Below the pieces are notes generated by a model. The model worked only from the letters and a program-made list of their open reading frames with translations. It was not told the DNA's origin and ran no database searches. From the NCBI GenBank assembly GCA_963730155.1, contig CAVSQV010000002.1:495250-559249 (forward strand): a DNA stretch of 64,000 nt, read 5' to 3'. The stretch is from an uncultured Acidobacteriota bacterium. GTDB lineage: Bacteria; Acidobacteriota; Thermoanaerobaculia; Multivoradales; JBCCEF01. Below, one piece after another: positions 49,678 through 63,604 of this stretch; within the stretch, counting starts at the first letter, position 1; every line of letters begins with the position of its first letter. Position numbers and translations under genes: made by a program.

Positions 49678-50220
49678 ATGAGCACCGAACGAACCACGAC
49701 CTGTCCGGGGTGCGGCCTGACGGTGGCCGACGTCGCAGGACCGTCCCACCCCTACATAGGCGCCGCCACCGGGTGCTGGGCTCTCTACGGCGAGGTGCTG
49801 GCGCGCGAGTACGGCGAGCTGCGCTACCCGGAGGTCCACCGGCTGACGGTCGACGCCTATGCCGCTCAGCATCCCGGGGTGCCGTCGCGGCGCTCGATCC
49901 AGTCGGTGGCGGTTCACCTGGTGAGTCTCCACCTCGTGCTCGAGCGCGGCTTCAATGGCGCGCGCGCGACCGCGGCGATCCGGCGCGTGCTGGCCGCCCG
50001 GCCTACGTTGGTCTGGCTCGAGCCGCCGGCCCGGCTCGGCGCCGGCACCGTCGCCGACATCGTCGCCGCCCGCACCGCCGCCGAGCACGAGAGCAGGGTG
50101 CGGCGCTGGGCAGCCGCCGTCTGGACCGCCTGGGCACCCCACCACGGGACGGTCCGCGGGTGGGCGGCGCCGGCGGCCGAAGCGGACGGCGGTCCGCCGC
50201 CGCCGCGGCGCCGGCGCTGA
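49678..50220 (+). CDS. Conserved hypothetical protein (DUF5946-like; N-terminal CPGCG zinc-ribbon-like motif)
   Basis: Motifs are TTCPGCGLTV...HPYIGAATGCWALYGEVLAREYGE...HRLTVDAYAAQHPG...SVAVHL. Confidence 0.45.
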   Translation: MSTERTTTCPGCGLTVADVAGPSHPYIGAATGCWALYGEVLAREYGELRYPEVHRLTVDAYAAQHPGVPSRRSIQSVAVHLVSLHLVLERGFNGARATAAIRRVLAARPTLVWLEPPARLGAGTVADIVAARTAAEHESRVRRWAAAVWTAWAPHHGTVRGWAAPAAEADGGPPPPRRRR

Positions 50221-50359
50221 TGCGCCGCCGGGCGACGCGACGTCGACCTGGTCGCTTCTCGCTCGACGTTCGGCCAGGTTTCCCGGGATCTTCTCGACGC
50301 ATTCCGAGCATGGGTCGCTGCCCACCCGGAGCCGATTCGACGAGTCGTCGTAAGCGGCT

Positions 50360-51707
50360 TCAGTGCTCGTCGCGGTCCCGCCGGATAGCCTCGACGACGT
50401 CGGGCATCGGGTCGCCGGTCGCCGTCCGCTGCCAGGAGTCGGGCGACTCCGCCCTCCCCTCGCCGCGCGACACCACCACCGCCGCGGCGAGGTCGCCGGT
50501 GACGTTGAGCGTGGTGCGGCACATGTCGAGGAAGCGGTCGACGCCGAGGATCAGGCCGATGCCTTCGACCGGCACGCCGACCATGCCGAGGATCAGCGCC
50601 ACGACCGGGATCGAGCCGGCCGGGACGCCGGCGGTGCCGATGCCGCCGAGGATGCAGATCAGCACCACCGTCGCCTGCTGCGCCGAGCGACAGCTCGACG
50701 CCGTAGAACTGCGCCAGGAAGAGCACGGTGACGCCCTCGAAGAGCGCGGTGCCGTTCTGGTTGGCGGTCGAGCCGATGGTGAGGACGAAGCGGGCGACGT
50801 GGCGGCGGCAGCCGGAGGTGGTCGCTCGGCGACCTCGAGCGCGGTCGGCAGCGTGGCGTTCGAGGAGGCGGTCGAGAACGCGGTCAGCATCGCCGGCTGG
50901 ATGGCGCGGAAGAAGCGCAGCGGGCTCATGCCGCCGAGGAGGCGCACCGCGAGCGAGTAGACGACGAACTGGTGGATCGCGAGCGCCAGGACCACGACGC
51001 CGACGTAGCGCGCGAGCTGGCAGCAGGATCTCGTAGCCGAGCTGCGGCGGTGAGGGTGAAGAGCAGCGCGGCGACGCCGATCGGGGCGACGGCGATCACG
51101 AGCCCGATCAGCTTCATGGTGACGTCGTAGAGCCCCTGGAGCGCCTCCTCGAAGCGGCGCGCCGCGTCGGTGCGGGTCGAGCGACCAGGCCGATGCCGAG
51201 CAGCAGGGCGAAGAACATCACCGCCAGCATGTCGCCGCTCGGCCATCGGCGCGCACCGGGTTGTCGGGGACGATCTGGATCAGCAGGTCGAGGCCGGTCT
51301 TCGGCGCCGGCGGCCGTGGCCGAGGCCGGCGGCGCGCTCGGCCGCTCGCTCGGCCAGCCGCGCGCCGCGTCGCGTCCGACATCCCGTCGCCCGGGCCGCA
51401 GGACGTTGACCAGCGCGACGCCGATCACCACCGCGATCGCCGACACCACCACGGTGTAGGCGAGGGTCTTCAGGCCGATCCGGCCGAGGCTCTTGAGGTC
51501 GCCGAGCCCGGCGACGCCGAGCGCCAGCGCCGAGACGATCAGCGGGATCACCAGCATGAAGAGCAGGCGCAGGAAGATCTGCCCGACCGGCTGGGTGACG
51601 TAGCGGACGAAGGCGTCGAGCGCCGCCGATTCGCCGAGCAGGAAGTGGGCGGCGACACCGCCGGCGGCGCCGGTGGCGGCGCCGATCAGGACCCATTTGG
51701 CACGCAC
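50360..51707 (-). pseudogene. Dicarboxylate/amino acid:cation symporter (DAACS, GltP/DctA-like) fragmented by multiple frameshifts
   Basis: The N-terminus lies in ORF 51114..51707 (QPVGQIFLRLLFMLVIPLIVSALALGVAGLGD). Further pieces are in ORFs 50926..51246 and 50360..50995. The C-terminal segment reads GGIGTAGVPAGSIPVVALILGMVGVPVEGIGLILGVDRFLDMCRTTLNVTGD. Confidence 0.75.
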
Positions 51708-51905
51708 CCGGGAATCATATGCGCCGGAGCCCGCGGGCGGGCCGCCGATCGGCCGGATCGCCGCCTCCGGCGCAGGAAGGTCTCGTGGACCAGGGCCGAG
51801 ACCTCGAGGGTGTGGTCGGGCCGCTCGTGCTCCGGTGCCTACATTAGGAAAGGCTTACTCCAGCGGGCTCCTCGATGCCGAGGCTGCCCTGGAGGCGGCC
51901 GAACG

Positions 51906-54900
51906 TCAGCCGCCGCCGCGCCGGCGCAGGTAGAGCGCCGGCACCACCACCAGGTTGAGGAAGGTCGAGGTGAGGAGCCCGCCGAGGATCACCAGCGCCA
52001 TCGGGCTCTGGATCTCGTTGCCCGGCTCGCCGCCGGCGATCACCAGCGGGATCAGCGCCAGCCCGGCGGTCAGCGCCGTCATCAGGATCGGCGCCAGCCG
52101 CTCCGCGCGAGCCGCGGCGCACCGCCTCGGCGAGCGGCAGCGCCTCCTCGGCGATCAGGTGCTGGTAGTGCGCGACCAGCAGCACGCCGTTGCGGGTGGC
52201 GATCCCGAACAGGGTGACGAAGCCGACCAGCGTCGCCACCGACAGCACGCCGTCGCCGAGGGCGACCGCGAAGACGCCGCCGATCAGCGCCAGCGGCAGG
52301 TTGACCAGCACGACCAGGGTCTCGCGGTGGCTGCGGAAGGCGACGATAGAGGAGCCCGTACATGCCGGCCACGATCGAGGACCGCCAGGAGCGCCAGGTG
52401 GCGCACGCTCTCGGCCGCCTCCTCGAACTGGCCGCCGAAGGTCACCAGGTAGCCGGCGGGGCAGGTCGACCGCCGGCGTCGACCGCGGCGCGGGCGCGCT
52501 CGACGGTGCCGGCGAGGTCGGCGCCGGCGACGTTGGCGGTGAGCATCGCGACCCGCTGGACGTTCTCGCGCCGGATCATCGACGGACCGAGGTCGAAGCG
52601 CACGTCGGCGACCTCGCCGAGCGCGACGACCAGCTCGCCCGGCGGGGGTCGAGACCGGCAGGTCGGCGATTCGCTCGCGGCGAGGAGCGCAGCTCGGCCG
52701 GCAGCCGGACCACGACGCCGCGACGTGAGCCCTTCCTCGACGATCTCGCCGACCGCGACCCCCTGGAAGAGCGCCTCGACCGCCTCGGCCGAGCGCGTCG
52801 GCCGAGAGCCCGTGGCGGGCCAGCGCCGGGCGGTCGAAGTCGACGATCAGCTGGGGGATCGCCGCCTGCTCCTGGTTCGAGAGGTCGACGATCCCCGGCA
52901 CTCCGGAGAGCGCCCGCTCGACGCCGGAGGCGACGCTGCGCAGGACCGCCGAGGTCGGGCCCGAAGACCTTGACCGCGAGGTTGGTCTTGCTGCCCGAGA
53001 TCATGTGATCGATCCGGTGGCTGATCGGCTGGCCGAAGGAGACCGAGACGCCCGGGACGGCGGCGACCGCCCGCCGCATCGCCGCCAGCAGCTCCTCCTT
53101 GTCGCGGCCCTGGTCGAGCGGTCCGAGGACGACCTCCATCTCGGAGGCGTTGACGCCCTGGACGTGCTCGTCCTTCTCGGCGCGGCCGGTGCGCCGGCTG
53201 GTCGACACCACCTCGGGGAACGACGAGCAGCGCCTCCTCCACCTGGCGGCCGAGCCGGTCGCTCTCCGCGAGCGGGATGCCCGGCGGGCTGACCACCGAC
53301 ACCGTGAGCGAGCCCTCGTTGAACGGCGGCAGGAAGCTCCGGCCGAGGCCGGGGACCACCGCGAGCGCGGCGGCCACCGCGACCGCGGTCGCCGCGATCA
53401 CCCACCGCCGGTGGCCGAGGCACCACGCCAGGGTCGGCCGGTAGGCCGCCTGGAACGCGCGCAGGAGCCACGGCTCCTTGGTCTCGAGCGCCCGCGAGCT
53501 TCCCAGGAGGAGAGCGCAGAGCACCGGCGTCACGGTCAGCGCCACCAGCAGCGAGGCGGCGAGGGCGGTGACGAACGCCAGGCCGAGCGGCTCGAGGAGG
53601 CGCCCCTCGAGGCCGGGGAGGAAGAAGATCGGCAGGAAGACCAGGATGATGATCAGGGTCGCGAAGAGGATCGGGCTCACGCACTTCGGAGGTCGCCGCC
53701 GCCACCGTCTCGCGGACCGGCCGCGGGTCCGGCCGCCCGTGTTCCTCGCGCAGGCGGCGGAAGACGTTCTCGACGTCGATGATCGCGTCGTCGACCAGGA
53801 GCGCCGATCGCGATCGTCAGCCCGCCGAGCGTCATGGTGTTGACGGTGCAGCCCGAAGGCCGACAGCACGACCACCGCGGCGACCAGCGAGAGCGGGATC
53901 GCGAGCGCCGAGATCAGGGTGGTACGCACGCTGCCGAGGAAGAGGAACAGCACGACCACGACGAGCACGGCGCCCTCGCCGAGGGCGGTCAACACGTTGT
54001 CGGATCGCGACCCGGATGAAGTCGGCCTGGCGGAAGTTCTCCTTCTCGATCACCACGCCTTCGGGGAGCGCCTCCTGGAGCCGCGCGAGCACGCCGTCGA
54101 TCGCCGTCGGTCAGCTCCAGGGTGTTGGCTCCCGGCTGCTTCTGGACCGAGAGCACGACCGCCGGCCGGCCGCGGTAGGAGGCCGTGCCGCGCGCGGGCT
54201 CGGCGCCCCACTCGACCTCGGCGAGGTCGCCGACGGTGACCGGCACGCCGCCGCCGACGGCCACCACCGCGGCGGCGACGTCGCCCGGGTTCCGCGCCCG
54301 GCCGAGGCCGCGCACCAGGTACTCCTGGCCGCCCTCGACGTGGAAGCCGGCCGCCGGGCTGCGGCTGGCGCCCGCCACCGCGTCGATCACCTCGTCGAGG
54401 CCGATGCCGGTGCTGCGCGAGCGCCGCCGGCCGGACGGTCACCTGGAGCTGGCGCACCTCGCCGCCGATCGGGACCACCTGCGAGATCGCCGGGCATCGC
54501 CAGGAGGTTTCGCCGCACCACCGTCTCGGCGAGCCGCCGCAGCTCCATCGGCGGGACGGTCTCCGAGGTCAGCGCGATGAACGTGATCTCGCCCATGATC
54601 GAGGAGATCGGCCCGAGCTCGGGCTGCTGCGCCTGGGCCGGCAGCTCGACCCGCTGGAGCCGCTCGGCGACCACCTGGCGCGCGCGGTAGACGTCGGTCC
54701 CCCACTCGAACTCGACCCACATCACCGAGATCCCGTCGGCCGAGACCGAGCGCAGCCGCCGCACTCCGGGCGAGCCGTTGACCGCCGACTCGATCGGGAA
54801 GGTGACCAGCGAGCTCGATCTCCTCCGGCGCCATGCCGGGCGCCTCGGTGATCACCGTCACCGCCGGCGCCGAGAGGTCCGGGAAGATGTCGACCGGCAG

Positions 54901-55023
54901 CCCGGCGATCCAGGCTCCGCCCGCCGCGAGCAGGAGCGCGGCCGCCGCGAGCACCAGCCAGCGGTGCTCGATCGAGCCGCGGATCAGCCGGTCGAGCGCG
55001 CCCGCCGCCGGCTCAGTGGACAT
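51906..55023 (-). pseudogene. Heavy-metal efflux RND transporter (CzcA/CusA family) fragmented by more than ten frameshifts
   Basis: Colinear pieces lie in ORFs 54439..55023, 54387..54764, 54050..54478, 53989..54390, 53832..54092, 52847..53995, 53001..53705, 52576..53211, 52284..52901 and 51844..52311. Examples are PVDIFPDLSAPAVTVITEAPGMAPEEIE, GPISSIMGEITFIALTS and LFATLIIILVFLPIFFLPGLEGRL. The C-terminus [33 protein letters not shown] ends at 51906. Confidence 0.8.
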
Positions 55024-56557
55024 GGCCGTGGGCCTCCCCGCTCGCCATCAGCGAGGAGCGGCGGATCGCCTCGCCCCCCGCGGTCACCAGGCGCTGCCCG
55101 GGGAACAGCCCGTCGACCAGCGCCCGCTCTCCCTGCCGTTCCACGACGCGCACCGGCTGGCGGGCGAAGCGCTCGCCGGAGAGCTGCAGATAGACGACGG
55201 CGACCCCGCCGTCGTCGACCAGCGCCGAGGCCGGCACGACCACGCCCTCGACCTCGCCCGCGAGCAGGAGGCGCGCCTCGACCGAGGTGCCCAGCACCAG
55301 GCCGTCCGCCGGCACCTCGACCAGCGCCGAGACCCGGCCGTTGGCGGGGTCCACCTCGGGCGCCACCGAGACCAGGCGCACCGCGGCCGGATCGAAGGTC
55401 ACCGGCCGGCCCTCCGGCAGGGTCACGACCGCACCCCGGACGGCGCCGGCAGCCAGGACCCGGGCGTCCTCCGGCGCCAGCGCCACCTCCAGCCAGGCGC
55501 GGTCGGTGGCGACCAGGCGGGCGAGCGGCGTGCCCGCCCCGACCGCCGCACCCGGCGCCGCCGTCACCTCGGCCACCGTGCCGGCGAGCGGCGAACGGAG
55601 GGTCACGGCTCCGGCGGTCCCGCCCTCGCGCGCGGCGCGCGCCGCCGCCAGGTCGCGCCCGGCGGCCTCCCGCCGCGCCGCGAGCACCGCCTCCTGCGAC
55701 CGCGCCTCCTCGACCTCGCGCCGGCTGGCCGCCTCAAGCGCGAGCAGCTCCTCGAGCCGCCCGAGGCGGGCCCGGGCGGCCGCCAGCTCGGTCTCGAGCG
55801 CCGCGACGTCGGCCTCGAGGCCCGGGAGGCTCCTCTCGGAGGCGACCCTCGGCACGAGCCGGAAGAGCGCCGCGCCGGCGGCCACGCGCTGGCCGGGGTA
55901 GGGCCAGGGCTCCGGCAGCAGCACCGCGTCCACGGGTGCGGTGACCGCGGCCTCGCCGCCCGCGGGCGGGCGGACGCGGGCGAGCCCCGCGACGCTCCGC
56001 TCGAGCGCCCCGCGGCGCACCCATTCGGTGGCGAAGCCGTCCGCCACTGCTCCTCCTTGAGGAACGGCACCGGCTCGCCGGCGTCGGCGACCCCCGGGGC
56101 GCGGGCGCCGCCAGGAGCCCGCCGGGCGATCCGGCGGTGCCGACCGCGACCCGGCCCGCCGCGGATCTCCTCGTCCCCGGCGGGCGAGGAGATCCGAAAG
56201 CCGAGCTCGTAGTCGCCGGCCGCCTCGGGCCGGATCTCGACGTCGAAGATCCCGGGCCGGACCGGCTCGGTGGCGGCGAAGGACCTGTTCGCCGTCCGGA
56301 CCGCGGAGCACGATCTCCACGCGCCCCTCCGCGAGCGGCGTGAAGCCGTCGAGCACGGTGACGTGGGTGTGCGCCGAGACCGCCTCGCCGGCGACCAGGG
56401 GAGCGACCTCCGGAAAGACCTCGTAGCGCTCGCCCCAGGCGGTCACCGACCAGCTCTCGCCGCCGCCGGTCACCGCCTCGGGGGGCTCGTCCGCGCAGCC
56501 GCCGGCGCCGAGCAGCAGGACGGCGAGAGCGGCGAAGCGAGCGTCGGCGATCTTCAT
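55013..56557 (-). pseudogene. Efflux RND periplasmic adaptor (CzcB/CusB-like) with an out-of-frame internal stretch (two or more frameshifts, about 55990-56290)
   Basis: The lipoprotein-like N-terminus is MKIADARFAALAVLLLGAGGCAD. The C-terminal two thirds are intact (LRSPLAGTVAEVTAAPGAAVGAGTPLARLV...) and end in a His-rich tail, GEAHGHVH. The segment VPFLKEEQW lies in another frame (ORF 55603..56070). Confidence 0.75.
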
Positions 56558-57786
56558 GGGGTCTCTCCCGGAGGCTCGGAGGTCGATGGGTCGAGCAGGT
56601 CGAGGGCGCTCCCGGCCAGCTCCTCGAGACGGCGGTGGGCGGTCAGCGCGGCGGCGTGGAGGTCGAGCGCCGTCGACTCGGCTTCGGCGGCCGAGCGCAG
56701 GGTCTCGAGCAGGTCGGTCAGCCCCGCCTCGCCGTGCTCGAAGCCGGCGATGGCGGCGGCGATCATCGAGTCGTTGCCGGCCGCGGTCGCGCCGGCCTCG
56801 CGGGTGGCCGCGGCAAGGCGCCGGTAGGCGGCGAGGCGGCCCGCGCGATCGGCTTCGAGGTGCGCGCGGGCCGCCGCGAGGCGCGCCGCGGCGGCCTCCT
56901 CGCGGGTCGCGGCGAGGCTGCGCTCCGCGCGGTTCCGGTCGAGCAGCGGCAGCGGCCAGGAGAGGCCCAGGAGCGGCCCCTCGACCGCGCCGGCGTCGAG
57001 CTCCTGGCGCTGCCAGCCCGCCACCAGCTCGGGCCAGCGCGCGACGCGAGCCGCGACCTGCCGCTCGAGGCCCGCCGCCGCGAGGTCTTGCTCGAGGGCG
57101 GTGAGCCGCGGGTGCCCGGCCGGCAGGCCCGCCGGCGGCGGCGGCAGCCGGGGCAGCTCCGGGACGGCATCCTCGCCGAGCGCAGGCTGCCAGCCCCGCG
57201 CGGCCGCCCGGGCGGCCGCGGCCTCCGCCTCGGCGAGAGCCACGCGCGACCCGGCCTCGCCGGCGGCGAGCGCGAGCCGGCGGGCCTCGAGCCCCGACGC
57301 CTCCCCGCGCTCGGCCCGCAGCCGCTCGCGGCGGGCCAGCTCCGCCAGCCTCTCGGCGTGGTCCGCCAGGAGCTCGACCCGCGCGGTCGCGATCGCCCAC
57401 TCCGCGTAGACCTCGCGCAGCGCCAGGCGCAGCGCGAGGCGGTCGGCGGCGAGGCGGGCCTCGGCGGCGTCGACGCCGCGATCGGCGGCGGCCATGGCGA
57501 GGCGGCGGCCCGGCCGGGGGGGCTGCCACGCGACGGTCAGGTCGATCTGCTCGGCGGCGCCGTCGGGGTCCTCGCGCAGGATCCCGAGGCCGGGATCGGC
57601 GAGGACCGACGCGGCGAGGGCCTCCGCGCGCGCCTCCCCGACGGCTTCGCGGAGAGCCACGACGGCGGGATGGTCCTCGCCGACCGCGGCGAGGAACTCG
57701 GCTTCGGTGACGACGACGGCGGTCTGCCCGGCCGCCGAGGGTACGGCGAGGAGAGCCGCCGTCAAGGCGGCGAACGCGCGATGCAT
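56554..57786 (-). CDS. TolC-family outer-membrane efflux protein (CzcC/CusC-like), intact
   Basis: The ORF is 410 aa with a signal peptide (MHRAFAALTAALLAVPSAAGQ) and the two-repeat coiled architecture of TolC-family proteins. Its stop overlaps the adaptor start (ATGA). Confidence 0.75.
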   Translation of the reverse strand: MHRAFAALTAALLAVPSAAGQTAVVVTEAEFLAAVGEDHPAVVALREAVGEARAEALAASVLADPGLGILREDPDGAAEQIDLTVAWQPPRPGRRLAMAAADRGVDAAEARLAADRLALRLALREVYAEWAIATARVELLADHAERLAELARRERLRAERGEASGLEARRLALAAGEAGSRVALAEAEAAAARAAARGWQPALGEDAVPELPRLPPPPAGLPAGHPRLTALEQDLAAAGLERQVAARVARWPELVAGWQRQELDAGAVEGPLLGLSWPLPLLDRNRAERSLAATREEAAAARLAAARAHLEADRAGRLAAYRRLAAATREAGATAAGNDSMIAAAIAGFEHGEAGLTDLLETLRSAAEAESTALDLHAAALTAHRRLEELAGSALDLLDPSTSEPPGETP

Positions 57787-57849
57787 GCCTGCTCCTTTCC
57801 CGAGTCGTTCAACGGCGGGCTCACGGCGAGCCCGGCGGACGACTCGGGA

Positions 57850-58251
57850 TCAGAGCAACAGCGAACAGTGGGCGGTGAAGAGCGGAACCGGCGGCCCGTG
57901 GCGGGCCGGAAGGAGGGTGACGGCCGCGGCGCCCGCGAGTCGCGGGGCGGGATCGGCCGGCGGCGCCTCGGCGGCCGGCGGCGCGCTCGGCTGGGTGATC
58001 GTGCCGCCGGTCACCGGCGCCGAGTGCTCGTGGTCGGGGACCGCCCCGAGATCGTGGTGGTGTCCGTGGACCGCGGCCAGCGCCAGCTCCAGCGCCGCGG
58101 CCTCGTGGCGGTGCCGTGCCTCGGCGTGGTGGTGCTCGAGAGCGAGGTGGGCGCCGGCCGCGAGCGCGCTCGCCGCCGGGGCGATCCAGAGCGCCAGGAC
58201 GGCCGAGGCGATCAGCCGGCGCCGGAGCCGCGGTCTCTCGAGCGGGATCAT
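57850..58251 (-). CDS. His-rich exported small protein, putative metal-binding component at the head of the efflux operon
   Basis: An N-terminal TM/signal is followed by HLALEHHHAEARHRHE...AVHGHHHDLGAVPDHEHS. Confidence 0.5.
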   Translation of the reverse strand: MIPLERPRLRRRLIASAVLALWIAPAASALAAGAHLALEHHHAEARHRHEAAALELALAAVHGHHHDLGAVPDHEHSAPVTGGTITQPSAPPAAEAPPADPAPRLAGAAAVTLLPARHGPPVPLFTAHCSLLL

Positions 58252-58406
58252 GCGCGGAGTGTCGCACAGCGGTGGGGGAGCGTCAAAACCGGGGGCGTCG
58301 AGCCCGCACGGCGGTGCTAAGCTTCGCGAGTCTTTCGACAGCCAACCCCGGTTCGGCGCATGCGCTCCGGCGGCGCCGGGCTCGAAGCTCAGAGGGAGGG
58401 TCCGAG

Positions 58407-58967
58407 ATGATCTCGATCCTGTCGTTGTGGGCGCCGATCCTGCTCTCGACGGTCCTGGTGTTCATCGCCAGCGCCGTCCTGCACATGGTCCTCCCGTTCC
58501 ACCGGAAGGACTACAAGCAGCTCCCGGACGAGGCCAAGACCCTCGGCGCGCTGCGCGGCGGCGGGGCGCTCGGCCCCGGCCTCTACGTCTTCCCCTACTG
58601 CGCGAGCGGCAAGGAGATGGGCACGCCCGAGATGCAGGCGAAGTACAAGCAGGGGCCGGTCGGCCTCCTGGCGGTGCTGCCGAGCGGGCCGCCGTCGATG
58701 GGCAAGAACCTGATCCAGTGGTTCGTCTACTGCCTGGTGGTGGGCGTCTTCGTCGCCTATCTCGCGGGACGGACGCTCGGCGCCGGGATCGACTACCTCG
58801 ACGTCTTCCGCTTCGCCGGCACGGTCGCCTTCATCGCCTACGGCCTCGGCGGCGTCCCCAACTCGATCTGGAGGGGCGAGCCCTGGAGCAACACCTTCCG
58901 CGGGCTGGTCGACGGGCTGATCTACGCGCTCCTGACCGCGGGCTGCTTCGGCTGGCTCTGGCCGTAG
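58407..58967 (+). CDS. Integral membrane protein of unknown function (186 aa)
   Basis: The product begins MISILSLWAPILLSTVLVFIASAVLHMVLPFHRKDYKQLPDE and has four hydrophobic helices. The upstream part of ORF 58116..58967 is an artefact. Confidence 0.6.
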   Translation: MISILSLWAPILLSTVLVFIASAVLHMVLPFHRKDYKQLPDEAKTLGALRGGGALGPGLYVFPYCASGKEMGTPEMQAKYKQGPVGLLAVLPSGPPSMGKNLIQWFVYCLVVGVFVAYLAGRTLGAGIDYLDVFRFAGTVAFIAYGLGGVPNSIWRGEPWSNTFRGLVDGLIYALLTAGCFGWLWP

Positions 58968-58980
58968 GCCCGAGCGCGGC

Positions 58981-62735
<3,755 letters not shown>

Positions 62736-62790
62736 GCCGCGCCCGCGGTGAGGACCGCCGGGGAGCGAGGAGGGCGCTCCCCGGCGGTCG

Positions 62791-63180
62791 CTACCAGCTC
62801 TCCACCGCGAGCCCCTCGACGTGCTCGAAGTGGGCGTCTCGGGTCGCCAGGACGAGGCCGTGGCGGAGAGCGGAGGCAGCGATCCAGAGGTCGTTCTCGG
62901 GGATCGGCCGGCCCAGCCGCCGGAGCGTCGCCTTCAGGGCGGCGTAGCGCCGGGCGGTCTCCAGGTCGTCGCCGATCACCGGACAGATCGCGAGCAGCCG
63001 ATCGATCCGCGCCCGGTTGGCCTCCGGCTTGCCGGAACACTCCGCCCCGAAGTGCAGCTCTCCGACGACGGTCAGGCAGAGAAACGCTTGAATACCCGTG
63101 CCGCGGCGCGTCTCGAGATCGACTTCCTTCTCAAGAACCCGGATTGCGACATTGGTGTCGAGCAGGTACCTACCACTCAT
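62791..63180 (-). CDS. vapC: PIN-domain ribonuclease toxin
   Basis: Motifs are MSGRYLLDTNVAI..., ...VVGELHFG..., ...NDLWIAASAL... and ...LATRDAHF. Confidence 0.85.
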   Translation of the reverse strand: MSGRYLLDTNVAIRVLEKEVDLETRRGTGIQAFLCLTVVGELHFGAECSGKPEANRARIDRLLAICPVIGDDLETARRYAALKATLRRLGRPIPENDLWIAASALRHGLVLATRDAHFEHVEGLAVESW

Positions 63181-63400
63181 CGAGGTCCACTCGCTCGCAA
63201 CCCGCCTCGACGGCCGCCGTCATCTCGCGGGCGGACACCGCGTCGAGCGTGCCGGCGACGCTCAGGAGGTCCTCGACGGTGGCGCCCCTGGGGAGCGTTG
63301 AGGCGAGTCCGTGGACGAGGTCGGCGGCCTGCTCCTGCTGCTCGGGGGAGAGGCGGTCGAGATCGGTGAGGATGCGTTCTTTGATCGCGGGGACCACCAT
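63170..63400 (-). CDS. Antitoxin partner of the PIN toxin (76 aa)
   Basis: The product is MVVPAIKERILTDLDRLSPEQQEQAADLVHGLAS...AVEAGCERVDLDEW. Its 3' end overlaps the vapC start by 11 nt. Confidence 0.7.
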   Translation of the reverse strand: MVVPAIKERILTDLDRLSPEQQEQAADLVHGLASTLPRGATVEDLLSVAGTLDAVSAREMTAAVEAGCERVDLDEW

Positions 63401-63604
63401 GGTAGATGCCTCCGAAGGGCAGCCCGCTGCCAACGGGGCTTCGGGACTTCCATTGTACGCCGCGGCGTCGTACGCGCCCTTGCGGTTCCGACGCGCGGCG
63501 GCCGGTATCGTAGCGAGATCGCCCGCGGCCGGGAACCTCGGCCGCCAGCCGTGTCTCTCCGATCGAGCAAGAGCCCCGAACCGACCGCCCCAGGAGGTAC
63601 TTCC

